Part shown: positions 9,510 through 18,396 of the stretch, one piece after another | Layout of the letters: every line of letters starts with the position of its first letter | How positions within the stretch are numbered: the stretch's first letter is position 1 | NCBI GenBank assembly: GCA_043821365.1 | Contig: JBDRCX010000006.1 | Location: forward strand, 734,151 to 798,150 | Origin: Candidatus Micrarchaeota archaeon | Lineage (GTDB): Archaea; Micrarchaeota; Micrarchaeia; Anstonellales; Bilamarchaeaceae | Length of the DNA stretch: 64,000 nucleotides | Direction of reading: 5' to 3' | Translations under genes and position numbers: made by a program | The notes under the pieces: model-generated | The model's input: the letters and a program-made list of their open reading frames with translations, nothing else | Databases searched by the model: none | Told to the model about the DNA's origin: nothing

Positions 9510-10634
9510 TTATACAAGATTTTCAAAATCCAATGCATATACCCTTTTTGAACCATCTTTAAGGCTTGTTTGAATGTAAATCGATCCCTCTGCTCTTATA
9601 TCAAAAGCCTTGACACCATGTTCTGCCATAATTTTATTTAATAGTTGTATATCATCCTGGTATTCTCCATGCAATTCTGGTGGAATTAATCTTACATTGC
9701 ATTGAATACAAAGTAAACGTGCATTTCCACCCTTTGTTATATCAGTCATTACAATTCCGGCATCTTCCACTCCACCAAAAACTGCAAAAACATCAGGGAT
9801 ATGCAAGACTTTTCTTGGTTGGTTGCGTGCAATTTCATAAAGTTCAGCTTCTTTTTTCATAATAGTTAAAAATGCAGCAGCATTTCCCCCTCTAGCATCT
9901 TCCATCCCTATTAGCATCACTGCATTTTTGCCATCATATTGTACTCTATATGCATATCTCTTCTTTCCATGATCAATATATTGTGCAGTTCCTAAATCAA
10001 TTTTTGATCTTACTTCATCTGGTAAGGTATCTAAAAATTCTCTTAATCTTGTATGTGCCATCTGATTTGTTGCATCTATACTTCTAAGAAGATCACAAGT
10101 TGCGTCTGAAAGTTTTATTGTTTGCCTTCCATCAAAATCTGTGTTCAATGCAAAAGTAAATGTAAATTGTTTTCTAATATGTTCAGTTCTAATTGCTTTT
10201 GTGACCACTGTTTCATCCAAGAAATCCTCTAATAATGAAAAAATAACTTGTCTTCTTAAGTTTTCAATCGCAGAATTTGGGTCAATGCCGGTAGGATGAA
10301 GTAGTAACAATAATCTGCATTTGGTTGGAAGGTCATCTTTTTCTATTTTTCCTTTCATTTCTGCATGAGTTCTGTAGAGCATGGTTTCTTCTGCTATTTT
10401 ATTTCCATTCCCATAATTTGCAGCTTCGAGTCGTGTTAATTGACTTACAAAAGAACCAGCAATGTTGGCCCTTTCTGGTAACAGAGAAGTTTCTCTTGTT
10501 TTCTCCTCACCTTTCTCATGTGGTCTTTTTCCAATCAAATGATCATAAGGGTCAGTTGCAGCAGAACGAAAATTTGGTCTAGTAATTTCATTAGTACTTG
10601 GTCTACATGTACTTGTTTTTTGCTTCCTGACCAT
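9510..10634 (-). CDS. Orphan protein with a C-terminal protein-kinase-like domain
   Basis: Kinase-order motifs HGKKRYAYRV, KKEAELY, IPDVF, IVMTDITKG, HGVKAFDIR, VYALDFE. Confidence 0.6.
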   Translation of the reverse strand: MVRKQKTSTCRPSTNEITRPNFRSAATDPYDHLIGKRPHEKGEEKTRETSLLPERANIAGSFVSQLTRLEAANYGNGNKIAEETMLYRTHAEMKGKIEKDDLPTKCRLLLLLHPTGIDPNSAIENLRRQVIFSLLEDFLDETVVTKAIRTEHIRKQFTFTFALNTDFDGRQTIKLSDATCDLLRSIDATNQMAHTRLREFLDTLPDEVRSKIDLGTAQYIDHGKKRYAYRVQYDGKNAVMLIGMEDARGGNAAAFLTIMKKEAELYEIARNQPRKVLHIPDVFAVFGGVEDAGIVMTDITKGGNARLLCIQCNVRLIPPELHGEYQDDIQLLNKIMAEHGVKAFDIRAEGSIYIQTSLKDGSKRVYALDFENLV

Positions 10635-10671
10635 AAAAATAATGTGTAAGTATATGTTTAAATATAGATAT

Positions 10672-11208
10672 TTATTGGCTCCCCCAACGTTTTCCTATTT
10701 CGTTTTTGATTCCAACCTGATCTAAAATTCGTGCAACAACAAAATCAATCATATCATCTATTGTTTTTGGTTTTCCATAAAATCCAGGGGTTGCAGGTAA
10801 TACAATCCCACCTGCCAATGTAACCAATTCCATATTTTTTATTGTAATAAGAGAATATGGGGTTTCTCTAACAACTAAAATTAATTTTTTCCTTTCCTTC
10901 AACACAACTTCAGCTGCCCTTGTGATTAATGCATCTCCAACTCCATTTGAAATTTCACCTAAGCTTTTCAATGAACACGGGACAACAATCATTGCATCTG
11001 GTGGATTTGAGCCTGAAGCATATGGGCAAGAAAAATCAATTTCTTCATAGTCTGCTTTAGGTAAGTTTACACCTTCAGCATCTGCAACTTTTTTTGCCCC
11101 TGAACTAACAATCACTTTAATATCCTGCTTCATTTCTTTTAGTGTTTGGACTAGTTTCACTCCATATTGCAGTCCAGATGCACCAGTGATGGCAACTAAA
11201 ATTCGCAT
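10672..11208 (-). CDS. ubiX: Flavin prenyltransferase UbiX
   Basis: AITGASG, ASGS, PCSLKSL, ITRAA, LVVRETP, PATPGFY; ATG at 11208. Confidence 0.95.
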   Translation of the reverse strand: MRILVAITGASGLQYGVKLVQTLKEMKQDIKVIVSSGAKKVADAEGVNLPKADYEEIDFSCPYASGSNPPDAMIVVPCSLKSLGEISNGVGDALITRAAEVVLKERKKLILVVRETPYSLITIKNMELVTLAGGIVLPATPGFYGKPKTIDDMIDFVVARILDQVGIKNEIGKRWGSQ

Positions 11209-11269
11209 AATCCTATTCAGTGCCAATAGAATTTTAAACAATCTATGTTATTAGAAATTTGGTGAATTT

Positions 11270-11404
11270 ATGTCTCAAAGTTGTAGAAGATGCGGAAGTG
11301 GTTCTAAACCAGTTATCAAAATGATTGGGAATGGTGCAAGTGGCATCTCATCAAGTGACGAATCATGGGTTTGCACTGCGTGTTTCAGGAGTTATTATCT
11401 CTGA
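11270..11404 (+). CDS. 44-aa CxxC...CxxC zinc-ribbon microprotein (not in ORF track)
   Basis: GGTGA SD at 11261; MSQSCRRCGSGSKPVIKMIGNGASGISSSDESWVCTACFRSYYL. Confidence 0.7.
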   Translation: MSQSCRRCGSGSKPVIKMIGNGASGISSSDESWVCTACFRSYYL

Positions 11405-11778
11405 AATTCTTCTATTTTTTTCCCAAGACTAACTGCCGTTTCCCAATTTATTGCAAAAGATTTATTGTTTTCTTTAAATATCCCCAAAGGCAAGAAAATC
11501 CATGGTTTTCTACTTCTTCTCCAGCCAACATAGCAGGTTATTCCACTGATTTCTTCCCATTTTTTTAAGTTTAAGAACTGGTCTCTGTCAATGTTTAGAT
11601 TTTCTTTTTCCCAGGCCTTTGCTTCTATACCAATCTGTACCCCTCTTCTGAAAACAAGAATATCTGGACTAAGTGAATTGACTCCACTCCCAGCAGCTCG
11701 TATTACACAAAATTCTTTAGTTGAAAAATAGTCAATAAGTTCGCGTTCAGCACGGGAACCTTTACGATAGGTAAGCAT
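11395..11778 (-). CDS. hjc: Holliday junction resolvase Hjc
   Basis: YRKGSRAEREL, RAAGSG, PDIL, IEAK PD-(D/E)xK motifs. Confidence 0.93.
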   Translation of the reverse strand: MLTYRKGSRAERELIDYFSTKEFCVIRAAGSGVNSLSPDILVFRRGVQIGIEAKAWEKENLNIDRDQFLNLKKWEEISGITCYVGWRRSRKPWIFLPLGIFKENNKSFAINWETAVSLGKKIEEFQR

Positions 11779-11812
11779 GATCTATTTACTTTTAGTTACT
11801 TTAAATAGTTGT

Positions 11813-12271
11813 TTACTCCATTAAAGGTTCGACTGCACATTCTCTTTGAAGGGCTTCTGTTACTTTGTTTTTCACTACTTGACTATCAAATGGCTTCATG
11901 ATGACGTCAATTGCACCTTCATTCATAACCTTTCTAACCTCTTCTGCACCAATACCACCACTTATAAAAATTACTTTTTGGGTCGGATTAAGCTTTTTCA
12001 ATTCTCTCAAGAATTGAACCCCATCCATTCCTGGCATATGAAAATCACTAATAACAAGATCAAAACCACCTTTTCTGTAAATATCTAAGGCTTCAGTACG
12101 CGTAAGTGCTGTTACCACTTCGCGATCGTCCTTCCTAATTAGTCTTTCATTCATCCTTAGTATCGCTGGTTCATCATCTACAACTAATATTCTATGTCTT
12201 TTTTGAGTTGGTCCTGATCCATCTCTCCTATTTGACGGTCCACCAGCTCTTGGTATTTGTGCAATTGTCAT
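11813..12271 (-). CDS. Stand-alone response regulator receiver (CheY-like)
   Basis: ILVVDDE, LVISDFHMPGMDG, IFISG, MKPF. Confidence 0.9.
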   Translation of the reverse strand: MTIAQIPRAGGPSNRRDGSGPTQKRHRILVVDDEPAILRMNERLIRKDDREVVTALTRTEALDIYRKGGFDLVISDFHMPGMDGVQFLRELKKLNPTQKVIFISGGIGAEEVRKVMNEGAIDVIMKPFDSQVVKNKVTEALQRECAVEPLME

Positions 12272-12301
12272 AATTTATATATTTCTACAACAGGTTAAAA
12301 C

Positions 12302-13057
12302 TTACATCTCTGGTGCTTCCATCATGGCGCGTATCAAACTCCTAGCTGCTTCCTGAAGATTCAGTTCTCCACCTTTGATGTACCATCTTCTTCTTTCTGC
12401 TATTTTTTCTAAAACTCCTTGGGAATCAGAAACATTTTCTAAAGAAATATCATATTTTTCTTCAAGCCATTTTTTTAGTTCATTAGATTTGAGTATTTTT
12501 TCTGCAAAATCATAAGCATAAAGATCCTCATTTCCCTGAACATTCAGTGCACCCTTTCTTACAAGTTCATTTTTTTTCTCATACTTTGGAAAAATTCCCC
12601 TATAATCAGTAATACTAAGTTCTGGGGTGATATTTATCCACTGGAGATTTTTTGTTGTGCCTGCAACTGCAGAAACCTTTGCTGCTTTTCGTTGTGCAAG
12701 CATGTTTACTAATGTGCTTTTTCCTACATTTGGATAGCCAACTAATATTGCTCTAACTGGCCTTTTGCTTGTTCTTGATAAAATTGCCTTGATTATTCTA
12801 CTTCGTTCATCTGTATCCTTTGCCGATATAAAGATTCCTTTATTTTCTAATTTTGGCAATTCCATATCTTTTGGAAGAAGATCTGATTTGTTTGCAACTA
12901 ATAGCAATCGTTTTGACCCAGCCCATTTTTCTGCCAAGGTTAAACGGGTGCCTTTTATGTCTCTTGCATCAACAACTTCAATAATAACATCTGCACTATG
13001 GATCATGTTTTTCAAAAATGACCAAGGATTCATGTTCCCTTTTTCTCTTCCCTTCAT
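12302..13057 (-). CDS. Circularly permuted YlqF/RbgA-like GTPase
   Basis: EVVDARD, NKSDL (G4), GYPNVGKSTLVN (G1), GTT (G2); start may be 13033. Confidence 0.9.
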   Translation of the reverse strand: MKGREKGNMNPWSFLKNMIHSADVIIEVVDARDIKGTRLTLAEKWAGSKRLLLVANKSDLLPKDMELPKLENKGIFISAKDTDERSRIIKAILSRTSKRPVRAILVGYPNVGKSTLVNMLAQRKAAKVSAVAGTTKNLQWINITPELSITDYRGIFPKYEKKNELVRKGALNVQGNEDLYAYDFAEKILKSNELKKWLEEKYDISLENVSDSQGVLEKIAERRRWYIKGGELNLQEAARSLIRAMMEAPEM

Positions 13058-13109
13058 GTATTGATCTTAACTAATTGGTTTAATAAGTATTTTTAGTAAA
13101 AGGAAAAAT

Positions 13110-13865
13110 ATGCTTGAACATACTTTTATCCATCTCCCAAATTTTGGTCCGAGGCGTGAACGTAGACTTTGGAGTAGTGGGATATCAGATTGGGATGATT
13201 TTCTCGATAATTTTGGTTCATCTAAATTCCACAAAATGTTCTGTTCGAAACTTGCAAGTTCTAAACACGCTCTTAATGTTGGTGATGCAGAATATTTTGC
13301 AAATGCGTTGCCTTCAAATGAAGCCTGGCGTTCTTTCCCCCATTTCAAAAAAACAGTATATCTTGACATTGAAACTACTGGACTTGGAAAAAACAGTGAC
13401 TATGTAACAGTTATTGGTTTATTTGATGGCAAAGAGGTCAAAAGCTATGTTCATGGTCAGAATCTTAATGATTTTAGGGGGGATATACGCAACTATGATT
13501 CAGTGGTGACTTTCAACGGTTCAATTTTTGATCTTCCATTTATACGTAAAAGTATGCCAGGGATAAAACTTCCAAAATTACATGTTGATTTACGTTTTAC
13601 TCTTGCATCTATCGGAGTTCGTGGCGGTCTTAAAAAAATAGAAACTCAGTTTGGCTATGAAAGAGAGGATGATCTCAAAGGATTGAATGGTTATGATGCT
13701 GTCTTACTTTGGCAAGCATACAAAAAGAGAAATGACAAACACGCTCTTGATAAGCTTATTCGCTATAATGCAGCTGATATCTCCAATCTGAAAAAACTAA
13801 TGGAATGGGCCTATAAGGAAAAGAGAATAAGAACAGGGTTTGATGAATTAAGACAAACAAATTAG
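13110..13865 (+). CDS. RNase H-like (YprB/RNase_H_2) exonuclease domain protein
   Basis: YLDIETTGL, VTFNGSIFDLPF, HVDLR, GGLKKIE, YNAADI. Confidence 0.88.
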   Translation: MLEHTFIHLPNFGPRRERRLWSSGISDWDDFLDNFGSSKFHKMFCSKLASSKHALNVGDAEYFANALPSNEAWRSFPHFKKTVYLDIETTGLGKNSDYVTVIGLFDGKEVKSYVHGQNLNDFRGDIRNYDSVVTFNGSIFDLPFIRKSMPGIKLPKLHVDLRFTLASIGVRGGLKKIETQFGYEREDDLKGLNGYDAVLLWQAYKKRNDKHALDKLIRYNAADISNLKKLMEWAYKEKRIRTGFDELRQTN

Positions 13866-13906
13866 ACTATAGTTAGGTTTTAATATTTATAAATAGAATT
13901 TGCACC

Positions 13907-14953
13907 ATGAGAATTTTCTATGTATTGCTTTTAGCATTGTTTATATTTGGTTGCACTGAACCACCAACTGATCTAAATCAATCAAACACTACAAATATTA
14001 CAAATTGCACTGGTCCAGTCTGTGGTGTTGATGACATTACATATGCCACTGATTGTGATGCTGAACAGGCAAACGTTTCTATTGCCTACAAAAAAGAATG
14101 TCTTGTTATAGAAACCTGTATGGATAGTGATGGTGGCCAGGTCATTGATATGGTCGGTACAATCTCATTTGGTAATGAAACATATATGGATTATTGCATA
14201 AGTAACAGTCAACTTGGTGAATATGTTTGCGATGGGGGTGAAATATCTCTCATGGGTGTTAATTGCGGTGAAGGAAACATGTGTTTAGGTGGCATCTGCA
14301 CCACAGATCCAAATTATCAAAATAATACTATCTACCAAGCATGTGTTGGCCCAACAGAAGTAGATCTTTTTTCATCTTCTAATGTGACATTTGAAGGAAA
14401 AACATATTCTGATAATTGTGTTGAATCCACTACTGTGAGAAAATATTTCTGTAATAATGATGCTCTTGATTCAACTATTCTTAATTGTGCTTCTGATTAT
14501 TCTTGCAATTTAGGTAGATGTGAGCCAAAACAATACAGTTGTACTGATACTGATGGTACAAATCTATCATCAAAAGGAAAAGTAACTGTTGTCTATGGTT
14601 CAATTATTTCATCTGAAAACTGGGATGAATGTGAGAATATCACTACTGTAGTTGAATATTCCTGTTCAGTGAATAACACCATGGTTTCAGAAAAGATTGA
14701 TTGCGGGATAGGTTTCAAGTGCAATGCAGCAACCTGCGTTCCAAGTAAATGTAATGATAGTGATGGTGGGGTGAACATCTATAAAGTTGGGACTGTTGTC
14801 AAAGAAGAAGAATCAGAAACTGACTGGTGTGAAGGCCTACAGAAAATAAAAGAATTCACCTGTGTTGGCGACGATATAGTTTCCAAAACAATCAACTGTG
14901 GTGTTGGTTATTTCTGCGATGTTGATCATTGTGTTGAAGGTTCTGTTACATGA
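13907..14953 (+). CDS. Secreted/lipobox Cys-rich protein: Kazal-like module plus four CxDxDGG-type repeats
   Basis: Signal ending IFGC; PVCGVDDITYATDC Kazal-like; CMDSDGG, CTDTDGT, CNDSDGG repeats. Confidence 0.8.
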   Translation: MRIFYVLLLALFIFGCTEPPTDLNQSNTTNITNCTGPVCGVDDITYATDCDAEQANVSIAYKKECLVIETCMDSDGGQVIDMVGTISFGNETYMDYCISNSQLGEYVCDGGEISLMGVNCGEGNMCLGGICTTDPNYQNNTIYQACVGPTEVDLFSSSNVTFEGKTYSDNCVESTTVRKYFCNNDALDSTILNCASDYSCNLGRCEPKQYSCTDTDGTNLSSKGKVTVVYGSIISSENWDECENITTVVEYSCSVNNTMVSEKIDCGIGFKCNAATCVPSKCNDSDGGVNIYKVGTVVKEEESETDWCEGLQKIKEFTCVGDDIVSKTINCGVGYFCDVDHCVEGSVT

Positions 14954-15588
14954 TTTTGAAGAATCTAGGTAACATCCTTAAACAAATGCAGTTTCTGGCA
15001 AAAAAAAGAAAAGCGCCAGTTATATCTGCAGAGGATTCAACAAAAGGAAACAAATTCAAGATACTTGTTTTTACAATGCTTTCAGCACGTACTAAAGATC
15101 AAACTACAATTGCGGTAGTAAATCGTCTTTTTTCACAAGCAAAAGGTCCTAAAGAAATTATTAAATTAGGGCCGAAAAAACTTGAAAAAATTTTATATGG
15201 AGTTGGTTTTTACCGCGTTAAAACTAAGAATCTCTTGAAGATGTGTAATCTTTTAAAAGATGGCCAAGTTCCAGATAGTTTGGAAGATTTACTCAAAATC
15301 CCAGGGGTTGGAAGAAAAACTGCCAATATTGTTTTGGCCAGGGCATTTGGTAAAAATACTCTTGGTGTTGATGTGCATGTTCATCGAATTTCGAATCGTC
15401 TTGGTCTTGTTAAAACAAAAAAACCAGAAGAAACTGAAGAAAAACTTATGAAAATTATTCCTGATAAATATATTAGGAAACTGAACAAAACATTTGTTTC
15501 TTTTGGTCAAACTGTCTGTCTGCCAAGAAATCCTGATTGTTTAAATTGTCCAATTTCTGATTGTTGTCCAAAAATAGGAATTTTTTGA
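14950..15588 (+). CDS. nth: Endonuclease III
   Basis: MLSARTKD, LLKIPGVGRKTANIVL HhH, VDVHVHR, CLPRNPDCLNCPISDCC 4Fe-4S. Confidence 0.95.
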   Translation: MILKNLGNILKQMQFLAKKRKAPVISAEDSTKGNKFKILVFTMLSARTKDQTTIAVVNRLFSQAKGPKEIIKLGPKKLEKILYGVGFYRVKTKNLLKMCNLLKDGQVPDSLEDLLKIPGVGRKTANIVLARAFGKNTLGVDVHVHRISNRLGLVKTKKPEETEEKLMKIIPDKYIRKLNKTFVSFGQTVCLPRNPDCLNCPISDCCPKIGIF

Positions 15589-15657
15589 TTATCTTGAACG
15601 TTTCGACGTTCAAGGACATGTCCAAAAATAGGAAGGACAAATTATTGAAATTTGTCC
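15565..15657. repeat. 16-bp direct repeat flanking a hairpin insert, followed by a second hairpin
   Basis: TGTCCAAAAATAGGAA at 15565-15580 and 15619-15634; CTTGAACGT-TTCG-ACGTTCAAG (15593-15614); GGACAAATT-ATTGA-AATTTGTCC (15635-15657). Confidence 0.9.
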
Positions 15658-15702
15658 TGTTTGTAACTTATCAAATTTACAATACAATTAAAAAATAAAA
15701 AA

Positions 15703-16626
15703 TTATTTAGATTTTTTCTTTGGCAATGGTGTTATCCCAGCTGTTTCAGATATTATTGCTGAAATATCTGTACCTTCTGCAATGATGTACTTTGTGTTTT
15801 CACTCAATGAGTTCTGGGCAACCTGTAATTTCTTCAATGTTTGTGCGTCTCCTTTGAAATATTTCTGTGCAGCTTCATTCACAAGTTGAATTGCTTTTGC
15901 TTCTGCCTGAGCTTTCATCTCAACTGCATGCGCATCTGCCAAAGCTCTCAGTTCTATTGATTTTGCGTCTCCCTCGGCAACTTTTATTGCAGATCTTCGT
16001 TCACCATCTGCTCTTGTTTCTACTGCAGAAGCAAGATCAACAGCAGCAATTTTCTCATTTTCTGCTTTAACAACATTGTTCATTGCTTGCTGAACATCGT
16101 GTGGTGGGTCTATTCTTTGAAGTTCAACTCTGATAATGTTAACTCCCCACTGATTAGTTTCTTTATCTAGTTGGTTTTCTACCTCTGTGTTTATTCGTTG
16201 TCTGTTTTCATTTGCTTCTGTAAGTGTCATCTTACCCATAAGAGCCCTAAGTGTTGTCTGTGCAAGTGATGGAATTGCGGTTCTGTAATTATCTATTTGG
16301 TAAACTGCCTTATTTATGTCGTCTATTTTGTAATAAACAATTGCATCAACCACTGCATTAAGATTATCTTTTGTAATGACTGTTTGTTGGTCAACATCAA
16401 CTCTCATCTCAGTTGTTGGAACTTTTATCACATTCTCAACAAATGGTATTACCACCAAAAGTCCTGGATCTGCGAGTCTATTAAATTTACCAAATCTTTC
16501 TACAAGTGCCTTTTCCACTGGTCTTATTATTCTAAGTCCAGCAAAGAGCAAGAAAACTAATAAAACTAAACCCCCCATCAAAAGTACTGGTAGACAAGCT
16601 CCCAAACCTAATAATTCGACTGCCAT
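15703..16626 (-). CDS. SPFH/band 7 (stomatin/prohibitin-like) membrane protein
   Basis: N-terminal TM, VERFGKF, QTVITKDN, AQTTLRALMG, WGVNIIRVELQRIDPP. Confidence 0.93.
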   Translation of the reverse strand: MAVELLGLGACLPVLLMGGLVLLVFLLFAGLRIIRPVEKALVERFGKFNRLADPGLLVVIPFVENVIKVPTTEMRVDVDQQTVITKDNLNAVVDAIVYYKIDDINKAVYQIDNYRTAIPSLAQTTLRALMGKMTLTEANENRQRINTEVENQLDKETNQWGVNIIRVELQRIDPPHDVQQAMNNVVKAENEKIAAVDLASAVETRADGERRSAIKVAEGDAKSIELRALADAHAVEMKAQAEAKAIQLVNEAAQKYFKGDAQTLKKLQVAQNSLSENTKYIIAEGTDISAIISETAGITPLPKKKSK

Positions 16627-16651
16627 ATTTGATCTATGGCATATTGATTAT

Positions 16652-17551
16652 TTAAATTATACTAGTTGCAAAAGAATCGAACTTTTTTTCTGTTAATTTT
16701 ACTGCTATTTTTTTTGCATGGTCTTGGTCTTTAGCAAGTGCAATGCAGCACCCTCCTCCTCCTCCACCAGTTACCTTTGCACCCAAAGCACCTTCTTCTA
16801 TTGCTATTTTATTTATCTCATCATTTTTTTCATTGGAAACTCCTATTTCTGATAAAAGTTTCTGATTATTGTTCATAAGAATTCCAATCTTTTCTAAACT
16901 GCCGTCTTCAATGGCCTTTTTTCCTTGAGCTTCAATATCCAAATATTCATCCAAAAGTTGCTGAAATTGTTCCCCATCATCATCCTTTAATTTTTGAACT
17001 CCTGCAACCATTTTTGCGGTTTCACTATATTTTCCGCTAAAAGCAATTACAATGTCTAATGTTTTTTTTGGTTTTAAGAATGTTAATCTGTTTTCATTTG
17101 AAGCATTTCCTCTTATATATTCTGCAATACCTCCATATGTTGCTATGGTATTGTCTACTCCACTTGGATTTCCGTGAAAAGCTTTTTCTCCATCATAAGC
17201 ATGTTTGTTTATCTGTTCATCAGTTAGCTTTAGCTTTTTCTCATCTGCAAATGCCCTTACCATACCAACACAAAAAGCTGCAGACGATCCAAGGCCTCCA
17301 TATGTTGGAAGGTCACCCGTAAGATGAACGTGGTATTTTTCCTTGATATTCATACTTTCAATAACTGCGTTTATACCACCCAAACTCATATCTGGCACAA
17401 CTACCATTTTTGTTATTATTTTGTTTTCATTTGCTTTATCAACTTTAACAATTGCTTTGTTTGCTATCCCTCCTGCTATTGCAGGTGCTCCATGAACAAC
17501 AAAGTGCTCACCAAAAAGAATTACTTTACCATGGCCAGTACCTTCTCCCAA
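16652..17551 (-). CDS. mvk: Mevalonate kinase (GHMP)
   Basis: GKVILFGEHFVVHG, GGLGSSAA, HGNPSGVDN, GAKVTGGGGGGC; TTG start. Confidence 0.92.
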   Translation of the reverse strand: MGEGTGHGKVILFGEHFVVHGAPAIAGGIANKAIVKVDKANENKIITKMVVVPDMSLGGINAVIESMNIKEKYHVHLTGDLPTYGGLGSSAAFCVGMVRAFADEKKLKLTDEQINKHAYDGEKAFHGNPSGVDNTIATYGGIAEYIRGNASNENRLTFLKPKKTLDIVIAFSGKYSETAKMVAGVQKLKDDDGEQFQQLLDEYLDIEAQGKKAIEDGSLEKIGILMNNNQKLLSEIGVSNEKNDEINKIAIEEGALGAKVTGGGGGGCCIALAKDQDHAKKIAVKLTEKKFDSFATSII

Positions 17552-17555
17552 AAAT

Positions 17556-18335
17556 TCACCCTTTCGGTTTCCTGCCCTTTACTTTTGGTGGTTTAATGTC
17601 TGGGTGTGCGTCGGTAAGCATTCCAGGACTTGCATATGGTTTGTATCCAATAGTTTCAAAGACTTTGCAAATAAGGTAGGCATCTTCAGGACCGTTTGTT
17701 AATTTTGGTTCCAGCTCCTTTAATGCAACAAGAAGATTTGTGTATGCTTTTCGTTTTCCTTTTGTTACATTTTCAACTAGGGTGTCATCCTTATTGATGC
17801 CAGCAAACTCAAATGCTTTATTCACTATGGAATGATTAACTCCAGATAAAATAGCAGAAACTTCGTAATCTTGAACTTTTTCTATTCCTAATTTTTTTAC
17901 TGAAACCCATTCATTGTATTTCCCCATAAATCCGATGAAATCTTCTATTTTTTCATTAGCTGGTTTTGGTGCATTTGTTGGCATTATTTTGAATTGTACA
18001 TTTGCTTGCGTAAGTAGTTTATTGAATAAATAACACTCAGCAACACAAATTAGTTTTGGATTATCTACACAAGTTCCAAGTGTATCTCTTAGTTTTGCTG
18101 CATTTTCAATAAATTCAATAACTGCTTTCAAACCAGTTCCTTTTAGTTTCACCATCTCATCTATTTTTTTGGTATTAATACCTGAAAATTCATATGCTGG
18201 TTGTTCTATGTTTGAACTGATAAAAGCAAGAACCTGTGCAACTTCTTTTGGTTCTTTATCTTTAAGGTCAAATGCAACACCCAATCGAAATCCCTTATAT
18301 TCTCCCGTAAATATCACTTCATTTTTTCCATACAT
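17556..18335 (-). CDS. DUF2666-like protein with two internal copies of the domain
   Basis: Halves IFTGEYKGF..EVAQVLAFISSNIEQPAYEFSGIN and IGFMGKYNEW..EVSAILSGVNHSIVNKAFEFAGIN; C-terminal PKVKGRKPK. Family assignment from recall. Confidence 0.6.
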   Translation of the reverse strand: MYGKNEVIFTGEYKGFRLGVAFDLKDKEPKEVAQVLAFISSNIEQPAYEFSGINTKKIDEMVKLKGTGLKAVIEFIENAAKLRDTLGTCVDNPKLICVAECYLFNKLLTQANVQFKIMPTNAPKPANEKIEDFIGFMGKYNEWVSVKKLGIEKVQDYEVSAILSGVNHSIVNKAFEFAGINKDDTLVENVTKGKRKAYTNLLVALKELEPKLTNGPEDAYLICKVFETIGYKPYASPGMLTDAHPDIKPPKVKGRKPKG

Positions 18336-18396
18336 ATTGATAACCCAGAATTTCTTATCTAAATAAGTTATTAAAGCTTAAATCAAAACTAACTAC

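Noticed and set aside
9510-10634. Calling the kinase-like ORF UbiB/ABC1 because it lies between ubiD and ubiX
   Set aside because: No UbiB KxGQ motif or A-rich loop, and the UbiD here is better explained by the mevalonate pathway.
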